DNA of 64,000 nt from Massalongia carnosa (taxonomy: Eukaryota). Made by a program: the position numbers and the translations under genes. A model generated the notes under the pieces. The model ran no database searches. It had not been told where the DNA came from and saw only the letters and a list, made by a program, of their open reading frames with translations. This document shows positions 35,189 through 48,852 of the stretch, piece after piece. Location of the stretch: the NCBI GenBank assembly GCA_965645245.1, contig OZ287077.1, forward strand, positions 310,001 to 374,000, read 5' to 3'. The stretch's first letter is position 1, and every line of letters starts with the position of its first letter.

Positions 35189-36552
35189 ATGACCTCTTAT
35201 ACCCTCCGAAGTCGTTCCGTAGGCGCCCAACCCTCGGAGTCTGAACTGGAGCCAGAGGCCCAACATCCTAGTATAGGGATTGTGGTAGACAGCCAGATGG
35301 ACATCGGGCCAGACATCGTCACCGTGTCGGGCTTAACTGACTCAAGCCTAAGCATTCCTTCTCCTGGGGTAACGTTAACCAAGGAGCAGATGCAAGCGCG
35401 TATAGATACCATCATGGCAAAGAAAGCTGAGGCTCACCTTAGCCGACAGCTTGCCATCATGGAGCAAGATGAACAGGACGGTTTTCCTCTCGCTGATACC
35501 AGTCCAATGACGTTGTCTCACCGGGGCCGCAGCAGCAGGTTGCCGTCTAGCGAAGAGATACTCGAGAAGAAGCTAGAGAACAATCGAAAGGTTGAGGCTC
35601 GGCTGAACGTCATCAAGGTAGATCTGTACACAGCTGACACGTATGCTAAATGTGTCATCTTTATAGCCCAGTGTCTCCAGGCTTTTCAGCAAAAGCCTAC
35701 CACATATGATACGGCCAAGGGACAGATCCTTTTCGCCAAAGCCTTCAAGCGAGGAGACGTTGTTATCAAGTGGCAGACCCACGAGGAAGCGGTAGGTCTC
35801 GATAATATTACCTGGGAAACATACGTTACCTGGTTGAGAGACGATGTATGGCCGCCACACCTCCGAATTCATGACGGATTCTTGAAGTACCGCTCAGTGC
35901 GACAACGGGAAGGACAAACCGTTGCCCAGCTAATCGCGTACATCAGGAGCATAGAAGACATCCTACCCCCACAAGAGTCATCCATGAGAATGAACACACT
36001 CCTAGGAGCTCTGAAGCCTACCCTCCGGGAAGAAATAATCAAGCACAACTCTTCGGTAACCACCCGGGAACTCCTTGAACCCTTAGCTTAGAAGCTCGAG
36101 GCCATTGACAACAACTATAACCGTACCAAGGCGAATGGCCGAAGAGAGGCACTATCGCGACCCACACGGGATAGCGACGCCACATCTGGATGGAACGTCT
36201 GGAAATCGGACTCGGGGAATGTTTACCGATCTGGCTTCCACCAAACCCCTACTCATGACAAGAGGAACAAGGACGGTTTCCATCAAGGTCAGCGTCGCAA
36301 GAGGTCCGTATCTTCCCATCGCACATATAACGAGGGAGGAAAGTATAATCGACACGGATCAAACGGTAAGGAGCCTATGAGGTCCTTCAATCGTGACAGG
36401 ACAGATCCGGGCCGTCAGCGGGAACGCCGTGGCAACAATGGTAACAACGACAGTACCATCAAGTGCTATAACTGCGGCGATTACGGCCACATGGCAAAAA
36501 CTTGTCTCAAACCCAACAGTCCAAAGATGGAGGGATACGGCAGGGGCCAGTA
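35189..36552 (+). pseudogene. gag: Gag with an internal TAG at 36089
   Basis: The frame stays open past the stop to CYNCGDYGHMAKTC and a TAG at 36552. Confidence 0.85.
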
Positions 36553-39500
36553 GACATCGCAACCCTTCTATTGACCCGTTCTGCTAGGGGGCAAAATGTC
36601 AGCCACATAGTGACGCCGGTTACTATGATATGCGGTAAGTTCAAGTTGACGGTAAGAGGTCTCATAGATTGTGGCGCAACTTTGAACTTTATCACCCAGA
36701 TCCTAATTAAGAGGTTGGGTTGTGAGCCTGGCGTTGATCTCCCGCATGGGGTTCGGACCATTGACGGTAGCATGGGGTCAGCGGAAGTGGTGGTATCGGC
36801 TAGGGCCTGCGTCGCCACCGATCCCTCTTCCACCGTTGCAAAAAATACAGGTTCATAAACCCACGGAGTTGCCACCGGTACCTGGAAGTCATTTAATGAA
36901 TGGACCCACGCTACCTAAAGGGCGGTACAAGCTCGTGAGGCAAAGAGCCTTGGCAAAAAGAAGAAAGCAACTGCCCATACCTGCTCCGCTTAGGAGCCGT
37001 AGAAGTTCAGTCGGACGCTCTGTGAGTCCAGAGAAGAAGTCAGCGACATCGATCGTTGCAAAGAATGTACAGTTGTCATCGGAGTCTTCTTTCGTGAACC
37101 CGAATAATGTACATGAGACCAAGAGAAGTCTTACTTCGGAAGATATCTTGATGAGTTCTTCTACTAGGAAAGAACCGTATAATGCGCGTGACGAACCCGT
37201 ATCTATAAACATAGCATTATTTAGTGCAGAGGAGTTTGATGAATGTATCACAGAAGTTGGTGCTTATCTCTTTGCCATCGAAGTAACGGATGTGACCCGT
37301 GATAGTCCCGTACTCGGTGCGACCGTTGAAGTCATTCTTCCTGAGGAGTATCAAGACTTCCTCGATGTCTTTTCTGAAGAGAAAGCAAACAAGCTTCCCG
37401 CTCATGCATCTCATGATCATGCAATAGAAACGGAAGGTAGTCAACCCCCGTACGGGCCTATCTATCCTCTTTCCATTGTAGAATTAGAGGTCTTGAGAAA
37501 GTACATAGACGAGCACCTCGCGAAAGGATTCATCACCCCATCCGTGTCTCCAGCGGGAGCACCCATACTCTTTGTAAAGAAGAGCGATGGAGAGTTGCGT
37601 TTATGCGTAGACTATCGAGGACTAAACTCCATCACCATTAAGAATCGACATCCTCTGCCTTTAATCGCAGAAGTATTAGATCGACTGGTGGGAGCAAAGT
37701 TCTTTACAAAGATAGACCTGCGTGCCGCATACAATCTGATACGCATCCGGGCAGGTGACGAATGGAAGACAGCGTTTAGAACCCGTTATGGACACTTCGA
37801 ATATAATAAGGTCATGCCATTCGGACTAGCAAATGCCCCAGCGACATTTCAAGCATATATTAATAACACGCTGCGCGAGTTTCTTGATCTGTTCGCAATT
37901 GCATTCCTAGATGATATTCTCATCTTCTCGAAGACGTTCGATGAACATGTGGAACACGTACGAAAAGTACTCGGGAGGCTGCGGAAGTTCAAACTCTTCG
38001 CGAAGCTATCGAAGTGCGAGTTCCATGTGTTAGAAACCCTGTTCCTTGGGTTCTTAGTAGGCGCGGATGGAATTTCTATGGACCCCAGCCGCGTCGAGAC
38101 TATTCGGAGCTGGCCTGAACCGGGAACATATAGAGACGTGCAGGTCTTTTTAGGCTTTGCCAATTTCTATCGCAGATTCATTGAGGCGTTTGCCCGCATA
38201 GTATCCGCACTCTCCGATCTGTTGAAAGGAAGTACGAAAGGAAAATTTACAACCAAATTTATCCTAACAGAAGAGGGTCGAAAGGCTTTTCACCGTCTAA
38301 AGGCCGCATTTATGACGGCACCAATGCTTCGTCATTTCGATCCCAGTCTGAAGATAAGGATTGAAACGGACGCATCGGGATTTGCTGTCTCTGCGATCAT
38401 TACTCAATTAAATCCAGAGACAGGACAATGGCTTCCTATTGCATACTGGTCTAGGAAAATGACTGATCCTGAGAGAAATTATGGCATCGGCGAAGCCGAA
38501 ATGCTGGCTATCGTAGGAGCGTGCCGGCAGTGGAGACACTACGTAGAAGGCGCGGCTCATCCTATTGAAGTCATTACCGACCATGCAAACTTGAGAACTC
38601 TTCTTACTAGCAAAAATCTCAATAGAAGAGAGGCTAAGTGGTGGGAGAGACTCTCCGGCCTAGATCTTCAAATAATATACCGCCCGAGGAAACTCAATCC
38701 TGCGGATGCGCCCTCCCGACGGAGCGACTACGCCCCTCTCGGTGAGGCAGAGACGCTTCTGGCCACGCTGTCAGGAAGCAGTCAAACAATAATTATTCCA
38801 TCCCTTAATACAGGGGGAGGAGCCTTGCTGACCGCAACAAGCAGGCCCCATCCTAAGCCCGGCATCGTATCGGAGGAACTGCTTAGGAACGGTGCTCAAA
38901 CACCGTGGGATATATCCCGAAGCGCATTTGCCTCGTTAGTTCCGAAGGAAGGATCTTCTGTGCCTTCTGCGGGCACTACACGGAGTCCTTCCGAACTCAC
39001 AACGAGAAGAGATTCCAGTCTTAAGGGAGAAAATTCCACTACCCTGACTGATCTTCGCGAGCCCGCTGAGGAAGCGTGGTCGTTCCAGCTCGCGGACGTT
39101 GCAGGACCGCAGACCCTGGCGTCAAAAGATACTGTGAAAGAAGTAACTCAGTATGAAACGGCCTATGCTGTGCCCTCTTTAGAATTGCGCACCGTTTTAC
39201 AAATCTTACAGGAGGCTGATCACCTTGTGCAGGAAAAACGGCCCCTCACCGCACAGTCGGAGTTGTGGGAGCGTGAGGACAGAGAGAGTACGGACGATAG
39301 ACTGGTAAGAAGAGACTCTGTGCAAAGCGACACACCGCCGGCCCAGCTCAGGCAACCCGAAGGTGCAGAGACGGCTAGGCAAAAATATGTTAACTCCATG
39401 ACCAAAAGAAAGTGGCATATGGATGGAGAACTCTTATGTTATAATGAGAAATGGTATGTTCCTGCTGGTCTTTTGAGAAGACGCTTACTTGAACGTAATC

Positions 39501-40798
39501 ATGACGATCCCTTTGCGGGCCATTTCGGATTTGATAGAACTCTTGACTTGATAAGAAGAAAGTATTATTGGCCAGGTATGTACAAAGACGTAAAGCATTA
39601 TGTCGAGACGTGCGCAAAATGTCATCGGGCAAAAGCCGTAAGGCACAAGCCCTGGGGACAATTATCTTCCATTCCCCTTCCTAGAGCCCCATTCAGTGAT
39701 ATGACAATGGACTTTATCACCGATCTTCCGCCCAGCATGCGGAGAGGCCTCGTATCAGACTCGATACTTGTGGCCGTCGATCGTTATACAAAGTTCGCCA
39801 TTTATATTCCCTCAAGAATGGACTGGTCAGCCGAAATAATGGCCGACGCTGTGTTTGACCTAGTCTATGGTCAGCATGGAATGCCTGAGAATTGGGTCAC
39901 TGACAGAGGCAGTCTGTTTACCTCTCATTTCGGGGAAACTTTTTGCGCACACCTGTCGATACTGTGCCGCTACAGCAGCGCGTTTCACCCGCAAACTGAC
40001 GGGCAGACAGAAAGACAAAATCAGACCTTGGAACAATATCTTCGTACCTTTATCAATTATCAGCAAGATGACTGGGCACCATGGTTAATTGTTGCTGCAT
40101 TTGCTTACAATAATAGCGTTCACACGACTACCGGGGTGAGTCCATTCTTCGCCGCCTATGGCCGTCATCCCAGATGGGAAGAAGAAATCAAGGACGTAAA
40201 TACAGACATCCCAGCGGCCAGGGTGCGGGCAGAGGGACTCACAGAGATGAGACGCATGCTTGAAGCAAGATGGAAATCCATCATGGAGAAACAAGCCAAG
40301 AATTATGACAAAAAACATGTCCCTCACAACTCCAGCAAAGGAGAAAAGGTATGGTTGAATGGAAAGAACATCCGCACCATTAGACCTTCCAAGAAGTTGG
40401 ACTACAAATTCTTTGGACCTTGTGAAATCATAGAACCCATAGGTAAGCAGGCGTACAGGCTCCGGCTTTCCACCACAGCGAAAGGCATACATGATGTTTT
40501 TCATGTGTCTCTATTGGAACCTTATAAGGTATCCGCCGAAAGAGAAGAGCCTCAGCCGCCGCCAATGGAAGTTGACGGCGAAGAAAAATGGGAAATAGAA
40601 GATGTACTAGACAGCCGCTTCTATTATGGGAAAATACAATACTTAGAAAAGTGGTTGGGTTACCCAGATACGGATAACCAGTGGCTACCGGCCGGGGAAA
40701 TGGAGGGAGCAAGAGAATTGACCTCGTCGTTTCATGAGAGGTATCCAAATAAACCACCAAGTGGTGGGCCACCCAAGAAACGACGACGACTCAACTAA
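36530..40798 (+). pseudogene. pol: Pol (PR broken near 36770; RT-RH-IN-chromodomain open)
   Basis: LIDCGAT, LRLCVDYRGLN, FLDD, ETDASG, HPQTDGQTER, WEIEDVLDSR...KWLGY. Confidence 0.9.
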
Positions 40799-41134
40799 GA
40801 TGCAGACTCACTTCAGGTCACAATCAATCAAGCTTAAAGCGAGCAATGATGGAAAGTAAGATTGTTGATGTTGCTTGGAAGAAGATTCTACGGGGAAGCG
40901 GAGTAACAACACTTGTACGTCTAGCGCGAAATAGCGCACAGTCCGGCTCAAAAAAGCGGAGTTGTTACGAGAGTTAGGATTTAAGTCTTCCAAGAGTGAG
41001 GTTATTCACAACTCGCGATAATGCGGCTCCTGAGGACAGTAGCCCTAAGGGGAGGCCTATTGTTACAGCGCCGCCGTATAAGGCTGATTATTAATAAGCC
41101 TGATGACTCAGCGGTACTGAACACAGTCATACTA

Positions 41135-41918
41135 CAGTGAACCCTGGTTAAAACGAACCTTTTTCCAACGAATTCGGCTTATAACGAATTTTTTTCATGG
41201 ATGAGCGATTCTTGTATGTAAAATAACGAATGTCGGCCTATTGCGAATTCGTAAGCAATTTTAGAAAGTTTCTTAGTGATTCGCTATAACTAGACCTCGG
41301 CAATTACCCTTTTAGGATTAGCTGATAAAAAGTCTTGATACGTAGTACTACATGCTACGTATCCTATCGATAGATAACATATCCTTTTAATAACCAACAA
41401 CTCATCATGAATTCTTCCTCCAAAAAACGTCGTCGACCTATCACAGATGCAGAAAAACACGCGCTTCGTCAGAATGTTCGGAATAATTTCGTTAAAAGAC
41501 CTTTCGGCAAAGCTCTTCAAGTCTGGTTTGAAGCTAAATTCGGTCATACACCTTCGGAATCTACAATATCGGATATTCTTTCTCGAAAATACGATCGTTT
41601 AAATGAGAAGGAGACATTTCAACCTGATATCAAAAGATTGAAAGCTTCTTTTTGGCCGGATCTTGAAGCGGCTCTTTTCGAATGGCAACAACGAATGCAG
41701 ACAAAGCAGGCGACTGTGACGGGAGAGTTATTGAAGGAGATGGCAAAGAAAATCTGGACAAGACTTCCTCAATACTCTCATGAAGAAATGCCCAAATTTT
41801 CTAACGGTTGGCTAGATGCTTTTAAAGCTCGTCATTCCATCTCCTTTCGTATTCGACATGGAGAAGCGGCATCAGTTGACAAGGAGACAGTGGAAGAAGA
41901 ATTGAGGGACTTGAGAAT
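41135..41918 (+). mobile_element. pogo/Tigger-like transposon, 5' fragment with CENP-B-type HTH ORF from 41407
   Basis: TA|CAGTGAACCC terminus; STISDIL, WPDLEAALFEW, FSNGWLDAFKARH, HGEAAS; cut by an LTR at 41919. Confidence 0.87.
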
Positions 41919-42164
41919 TGTGACGAGAAGGACTCAATGAGATAAGATCAGGTGGTACGAAGTCTTTGCTATATGTAGGCTATCGGATATTTACAAGACG
42001 TTCGACAAGGAAGAAAGAAAATCTCAACAGCGAAAGCAAAGATATAATCTTTCCGTTGATCTCGCTAACCATGCTGAGCCTAGCCCTCGCTTATCATTCA
42101 AGCCTTAGCGCCGTGACTCGATTCGGGTGCTAGCGAGGCAGTACCGTGACATCAGGTCTCCTCT

Positions 42165-45100
42165 TTAGGTTCGAGCTCCGCGAGAACCTCTAGGTTTGGT
42201 AGGCCTCAGTTGGTGATATTCTCGTAATAAATCTTCGCAGTGAGTGATGTCCTTTTCTTCATTCCAACTAGGTGCGTCATGGCCGGCCCACTTAACAAGA
42301 TATTGCAGTCGTCTTCGGAAAAATCTCGAATCAAGAATACTCTCCACCTCCCACTCTTCTTCACCTTCAACTTCAACCGGCGGGGCAGGTGGAGGAATTT
42401 GGCCATCGTGTGGGTTCTGAGCAACCGGCTCTAGCAGAGAAACGTGGAATACAGGGTGTATTTTCATAGAGGTAGGGAGATCAAGTTCGTAAGCATACTT
42501 ACTTACTACTCGCTTGATGGTAAATCTTCCTAACTTCTTCCAATCCAGCTTTTTAGAAGGTCGCTTGGTTTTGATGTTCTTAGCATTCAACCAGACTTCG
42601 TCTCCTACGCGAAACGACGGTGCGGGGGTTCTATGATAATTAGCAGTGGATTCATACCGAGCTTGAGCCAATCGCATTTCATTTTGAAGGTGGGCATTAA
42701 TCTCTTCCATCTTGGTAGCAAATTCATCAGCATTGGTGAGCTCTGGGGAGTTGTTGGTGCGAGAGAGAGGTTCGAAACCTAGACGGGGGTGGAAGCCATA
42801 ATTCGCTAAAAAGGGACTTGTCGTAGTGGTCTCGGAATCAACATTGTTGCTAGTGAACTCTGCCATTGGTAGCCATTCTTCCCAGTCATCTTGCATGTAA
42901 TTTACGTAGCCTCTTAAATATGATTCCATGACTGCATTGAATCGTTCCGTTTGGCCATCTGTCTCCGGGTGAAAGGATGTGGATAGGGCCGACTTAATTC
43001 CTAGTCTTTCACATAGAGCCTTCCAGAATTCCGAGATGAACTGCCCTCCGCGATCCGAGACTATTGATTCGGGCAGGCCGTGTAATTTCCATACATTCTG
43101 CAGATACAACTTGGCTAAATCGTGAGCGTTGGTAGTCTCTTTGCACGGTATGTAATGCTTCATCTTGGTGAGTCGATCAACTACAACCAGGATTGCGTCT
43201 TTCTTGTCACTACCGGATTCGGGTATGCCGCTTACAAAGTCCATGGAAATATCTCTCCAGCGTTGCTGAGGAATGGGCAGAGGTCTTAACACACCGTACT
43301 TTGGATGACGGGAAGCTTTGCTACGAGAATATACGTGACAGTTCTGTACGTATCGTGCTACGAAATGATGGTACTGGGGCCAATAATAAGTTCGAGATAG
43401 CAAACCGAAAGTTTTGGCTCTACCGGGATGACCGGCGACAGGGCTATCGTGGTGTTCCTTGCATAGTCTGAGTCTCAAATCATGCAAATCGGGTACGTAT
43501 AGGCGTTCGCGGTAATATAGTCTCCCATCTCGGTCTTCGCATTCGGCCAGAGTTATATCCTTGCTATGGCTAGCACCGTTTCGAAGAAGAGTCAAAATGC
43601 TGTTGGGGAATGGGTCCAGCTCGTATCCTTGATTCATCAATTCCTCGATAGATTTCTCGGAGTCTTCATGTTCGGTTTCTAGATCATTATCCGTATCAGC
43701 GTCATCGTTGGTAATATCGGTCAGGCGAAGCAGATTATTAGCCAGAAGTTCGAAATTATGGGGTTTTAGTACCACCTGATTCTGATGTTCCAGTCTCAGG
43801 TCCCCCTCTTTAGGAAGATCTCCTGATCTTCTAGTCAAAGAATCTGGTTTTTCTCCTTGTTTCCCTGGTCTGTAACCTATCTTAAAGTCGAATCGTGATA
43901 AAAATTCGGCCCATCTTGCCTGGCGCCTGCTGAGTTGCTTGGTGGTAGTGAAGTACTCAAGATTCTTATGGTCTGTTATTACCTTTACTGGATGTGCTGC
44001 TCCTTGCAATTCGGGTCTCCATTCTTCAAAAGCTCTGATAATGGCCAGAAGTTCTTTATCATAGATTTCATAATTACACTCCGCTGGCGATAGTCTTTTG
44101 GAAAAGAAGGCTACTGGTTTAAGTACACCCTCTACCTCATACTGCGATAGTACTCCTGCGCTTACATAGTCGGAAGAATCTGTTTCCACTATGCTTTCCT
44201 TATCGGGGTCGAAATGAATTAGTATGGTGTCACTGGAGAACACATCCTTTAAGATTTTAAAGGCCTTTGCACACTCTTCGGTCCACACGAATGGCGTAAT
44301 CTTTTTGGACATAGCGGTGAGGGGGGCAGCGATCTTTGAAAAGGATTTCACAAACCGTCTGTAGAAATTCGCAAATCCTATAAACGCCTGCACATCCTTG
44401 AGGTTCTCCGGGGTATTCCAGTTCTTTATGGTCTCTATTTTCTTAGGGTCCATTTTTATGCCTTTATCCGAAATAATAAATCCAAGATATATTGTCTCCG
44501 TTACATGGAATTCGCATTTCGAAATATCCAGTTGTAACCCCGCTTTTTGCAGAGCCTTCAAAACTTTGGTGACATGACCCTTATGTTCTTTCATGGAACT
44601 ACTGTAGATTAATATATCGTCGATATAAGCGGTACAGAATATATCGAGATATTCTCGTAAAACATCATTGATATAATGCTGAAACGAACTGGGTGCATTG
44701 GCGAGACCGAAGGGCATAACGAGATATTCAAACAAACCGTATCTTGTCCGAAAGGCGGTTTTCCACTCCTCTCCATAGGCCATACGAAGGCGATTGAATG
44801 CGGCGACTATATCTAGCTTAGTAAAAAAAATGCATGCTTTACTCAGGCGGTCTAGAGTTTCTCTGATCAGGGGCAGGGGATATCTGTTTTTGATAGTCAT
44901 AGCGTTCAATGCTCTATAATCAACGCAAAAGCGCAGGCCTCCGCCCGGCTTTTTGACAAACAGTACTGGGGACGCGGCGGGGGAAGAACTTGAACGAATA
45001 AATCCTTTCTCCAAATTCTCGGTAAGATACTTCTGCAGTACCAGCAATTCATCTCGGCTCATACCATACAAGGGTCCATACGTGGGTTCTTTTCCCTTCC

Positions 45101-46116
45101 ATCAGCGGAATAGTGTGGTCATAGCTACGGCGTTCGGGCAGTTTATCAGCTTCATTCTTGGAAAATACATCAAGAAATTCGTGATACTCCGGCGGCAATA
45201 TTGTAGCGGGATCAACTTCCGGTTTCGGGGTCAGGGCTCGTTCAATGTCTCTAAGGTTCACGGTAAATAGTTCGCAGTCCTTTTTCCGCGCAAGACGGAC
45301 AAAAGGGGCGGCTCCTATCATGCAGATATTCAGGGGTTTCTTGATCTCGGGTTTCTCGGTCTCAGGTTTCTCGGTCTCAGGTTTCTCGGTCTCGGGCGGG
45401 GTCTTGGGTCTTGGGTCTGGATCTGATTGGTCGAAGGAGGGAGCGCTAGACCTCTTCAATTTAGCGCCCTTTCCTTCAGACCGGCCGGGCTGGTCTGAAG
45501 CGGATGTTCGTTGTTCCGGACTAGTGACTTTCATGACTGCGGCGGGGTGCTCCTTCTCTGCACGAAGTTCTGGAACGTTGCTTATTCCGACGACAGTGTT
45601 GGGTTCATGATTCTCGAGGCAGTGCTGAAGACAGTATGGTGACGTGAACGAGAGAGTGTTTCCAGCCCATCGTATGCTGGTGTCGTGTATCTGTAGCCAC
45701 TTGATCCCTAGAACGATGGGGTAGTGGCCCAAATTGGTGACGAGAAGGTTGGCGGGCTCGGAATGCGTGGCGATTTGAAGACGTAACTTGACTAGGTGAG
45801 TGATTTCACCAGAGGAGATGGGTTGTCCATCGGCTAATTCGAGGATACGAGATTGCTTCAAGGGGGATAGGGGCAGGGAATGACGGCGCGCGAACGAAGA
45901 GTCAATAAAAGCAAAACCAGATGCTCCACAGTCAACTAGTGCATAGGTCTTTATTTGACGATTACCTATGGATACAATCATTGATATCACCAAATGTTTG
46001 CCATCTAATTCTTCTTCTGGCAAAGGTTTGGTGGACAAGGAAAATGCTGATATTGAAATACACTTGTTCCGTGTTGGTCTCCGAACGCGACTTAGTTCGG
46101 AGACTGTACTTTTCCC
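42165..46116 (-). pseudogene. pol: Pol (PR-RT-RH-IN-chromo), normally reached by -1 frameshift; extra frameshift near 45090
   Basis: [38 protein letters not shown]. Confidence 0.92.
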
Positions 46117-47270
46117 CCCAAATCAACAGTCTTCTGTTCCATTTCAGAGACTTGGAATCGCGGGCGTGTTTTGGACGAGGATAGCGGGCAGGATTGCGCA
46201 AAATGTCCAGATCCCCCGCAATACATGCACAATCCTTCGTTCATTCTTCGTGATTTCTCGGCGGGGGTAAGAGGGCCTCGATGACGAGATACTGATAGAT
46301 CCATGGCGTCAGAGGAGGGGGGTGCGGAGATTTTGGTGGTGGTGGTGACGGTGGGAGCGGGAGCGGGTGTGGGTTTGCTGACAGCGGCGATAGTGGGTGC
46401 AGAGCTAGATCGTGATGTGTTGCTAAAGACAGTCCCAGCTTTGCGGATGGAGGCCTGGGTGGCGCGGTAGCGGTTGTCGATCTTCTGGAGAATCTGAATG
46501 ACCTCGTCTAGGTCGGTCGGAAGATCAAGCGTCAGGATGGCGCTTTTTAGCTCATTACTTGTGCCTTCTAGCAGGATCGATCGTTTCGCCTCTTCGTTGT
46601 ATCCAGTATCGGGGATCAACCGCTGATACTCGGCCAGATATACATGGAATTCTCGGTTTGCTTGCTGGAGGCGACGAAGTTCTCGCTGTGCGGTGGCCTT
46701 TCTGTCCGGATCACCGAAGGCCAGCTCCAGCTTGGTAATCAGCTCGCTAACATCGCGCAGATCGATAGTGTCGTCATCCTTGATATAAGGACGTATCTGA
46801 TACAAGGCCGTATCCTTGAGACGACTTATCGCGTACGCTAATTTTCCTGGCATGGTGGGGTATCGATCTGCGTTCATCAAGAGTTTCAGACGCAGCTGAG
46901 TAGTCCATGTGCGTAATTCGGCTCTGTCTCCGCCGTACATAGGCGGATCAGGATGTTTCTCTGAACGCGGAGATGAATGTGCGACTGCGGTGGGGGCGGA
47001 TCGTATTTGTTCACGAAGCTCGGCAGCTATCGCGTTACTGCCAGCCAGTCTGTTGTTCAAATCTAGGATCGCGTGATTCGCCTCTGCTAAATCGCGATCA
47101 TTGGTATCCAGATGCGTACTGGCATCGTGGGCGAATAGATCCAGGCGCTGCATATACTCATACCAGGTTATGGGATTAGATTGAACTGCGGACAACAAAT
47201 TTTCCGCAGAACCCACGGAAACGGGAGGAGTTGGAACGATGTATGGGGACGGGGGCGATGCTTCGGCCAT
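46092..47270 (-). CDS. gag: Gag
   Basis: CMYCGGSGHFAQSC knuckle. Confidence 0.92.
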   Translation of the reverse strand: MAEASPPSPYIVPTPPVSVGSAENLLSAVQSNPITWYEYMQRLDLFAHDASTHLDTNDRDLAEANHAILDLNNRLAGSNAIAAELREQIRSAPTAVAHSSPRSEKHPDPPMYGGDRAELRTWTTQLRLKLLMNADRYPTMPGKLAYAISRLKDTALYQIRPYIKDDDTIDLRDVSELITKLELAFGDPDRKATAQRELRRLQQANREFHVYLAEYQRLIPDTGYNEEAKRSILLEGTSNELKSAILTLDLPTDLDEVIQILQKIDNRYRATQASIRKAGTVFSNTSRSSSAPTIAAVSKPTPAPAPTVTTTTKISAPPSSDAMDLSVSRHRGPLTPAEKSRRMNEGLCMYCGGSGHFAQSCPLSSSKTRPRFQVSEMEQKTVDLGGKVQSPN

Positions 47271-48852
47271 GGCAAAGGCGTACCAGCTGATAGGGTAGGT
47301 CGAACGTAGTGTGACGAGAAGGACTCAATGAGATAAGATCAGGTGGTACGAAGTCTTTGCTATATGTAGGCTATCGGATATTTACAAGACGTTCGACAAG
47401 GAAGAAAGAAAATCTCAACAGCGAAAGCAAAGATATAATCTTTCCGTTGATCTCGCTAACCATGCTGAGCCTAGCCCTCGCTTATCATTCAAGCCTTAGC
47501 GCCGTGACTCGATTCGGGTGCTAGCGAGGCAGTACCGTGACAACACTACTCTTCGCTTTAAATCGCGATCACCTGAACGCGAACTAGGAAGTGCAGGCTG
47601 TGCAGGCGGTGCAGGTAGAGTGTTGTAAGCGGTGCAATTAGCTCATAAACTGAAGTGTTTTTGATTCTTTACTAAGGTTTCCCATGTCATTCCAAGCTCT
47701 TTCGTCGTTTTTCCGGTAAAGTCGATGCAGTCTGTTAAATTATCCTCCAACCCCCTTTATAGGTGTAGCGCAGCCCTGCGAGACTTGGCATGCTAGGCAG
47801 TATATAATAGCCATGTATAGTACTAGGCCAAAAGTCTGCGGCCCCGCACCCCACCAACATTTCAATTATTCTATTCAATCAACAATCAACCACGTCACGA
47901 TTGCTAAAATGTCTTGAAACTTTACATAATGATTACATATATACTAAACAAGAATTCCTCCAAAAATTGATTTTTAATATTTAGTATACAATCCTTCCGA
48001 CGCTATACACGCTTTTTTCCTCCTATTCATGCTCTCTATAACCTCCTTATCATTTTCACATCTATCAACGTCCAGGCTTCTTCTAACGCTTTCCAAAGTA
48101 CCTCACGAACTGTTTCATCCCTGTCTATCTCCAAATCCATGTTCGGGTTGACTTGATAGACGAGCTTTTTGAGCACATACCAAACGTGCTCGATGTAACG
48201 GTTCGACCAAGCGTGGTGCGGACGGCAGGACCTACAGCGAACATAGCAGGAGTCCCAGTTATAGTAGAATAGAGCTTGGTCTGCGGACTAAGTATTGTGC
48301 CTTTTGGTCGGGAGGACAGGTGGCGCAATGGTAGAAATCTATTCACTATCTCGCTTCGTCACAGAATACTTAGTCATCAATCGGTGTTTCAGTCGTGAGT
48401 TCGATTCCTGACCTGAGTTCCTCGCTTTTTCGCCTTGATTCTGTCATGGAGTGACTGGGCACCTGCCAGTTAGTTCATTGAACCAACCTTAGCTGCTTGA
48501 ACGAAGCACTAGCCGGCTAGCCGATCCGAAAGGAACTAAGCTTAATCCGGTTTAGTCAGGGCAAAGGTAAGTGTTCCGGCTGAAGGTAAGTGTTCGGACT
48601 GTCAATAGTGTCATAGCGATAGTTTCATGCCAGGGACTTGGGAAATTGGATCAACGGCTGGATTGGGACTGGTTCCGTTCGCCAGAGTCTTATACTCGCT
48701 CACGTTGGATTTTCTGTTTCTTTTCTCCTTGTCGAACGTCTTGTCCACCTAGCTAGACAATCAAGTAATACGTTTGCACCATCTGAATTTCTACCTGACC
48801 TCGCACCGTGACACTACGTTCGACCAGCCTATTCACCTGGTGCATCATCATC

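Larger units (their letters stand above)
32626..41134 (+). mobile_element. Ty3/gypsy chromovirus with both LTRs interrupted by DNA transposons
   Basis: 5' LTR 32626-32699 + 34870-35108 (TGTTA...TAACA); 3' LTR starts at 41061 after PPT AAGGGGAGG; gag and pol lie between. Confidence 0.93.
41919..47542 (-). mobile_element. Ty3/gypsy chromovirus, full length
   Basis: 233-bp LTRs 41919-42151 and 47310-47542, apparently identical; flanks AGAAT/ACACT do not match. Confidence 0.96.
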
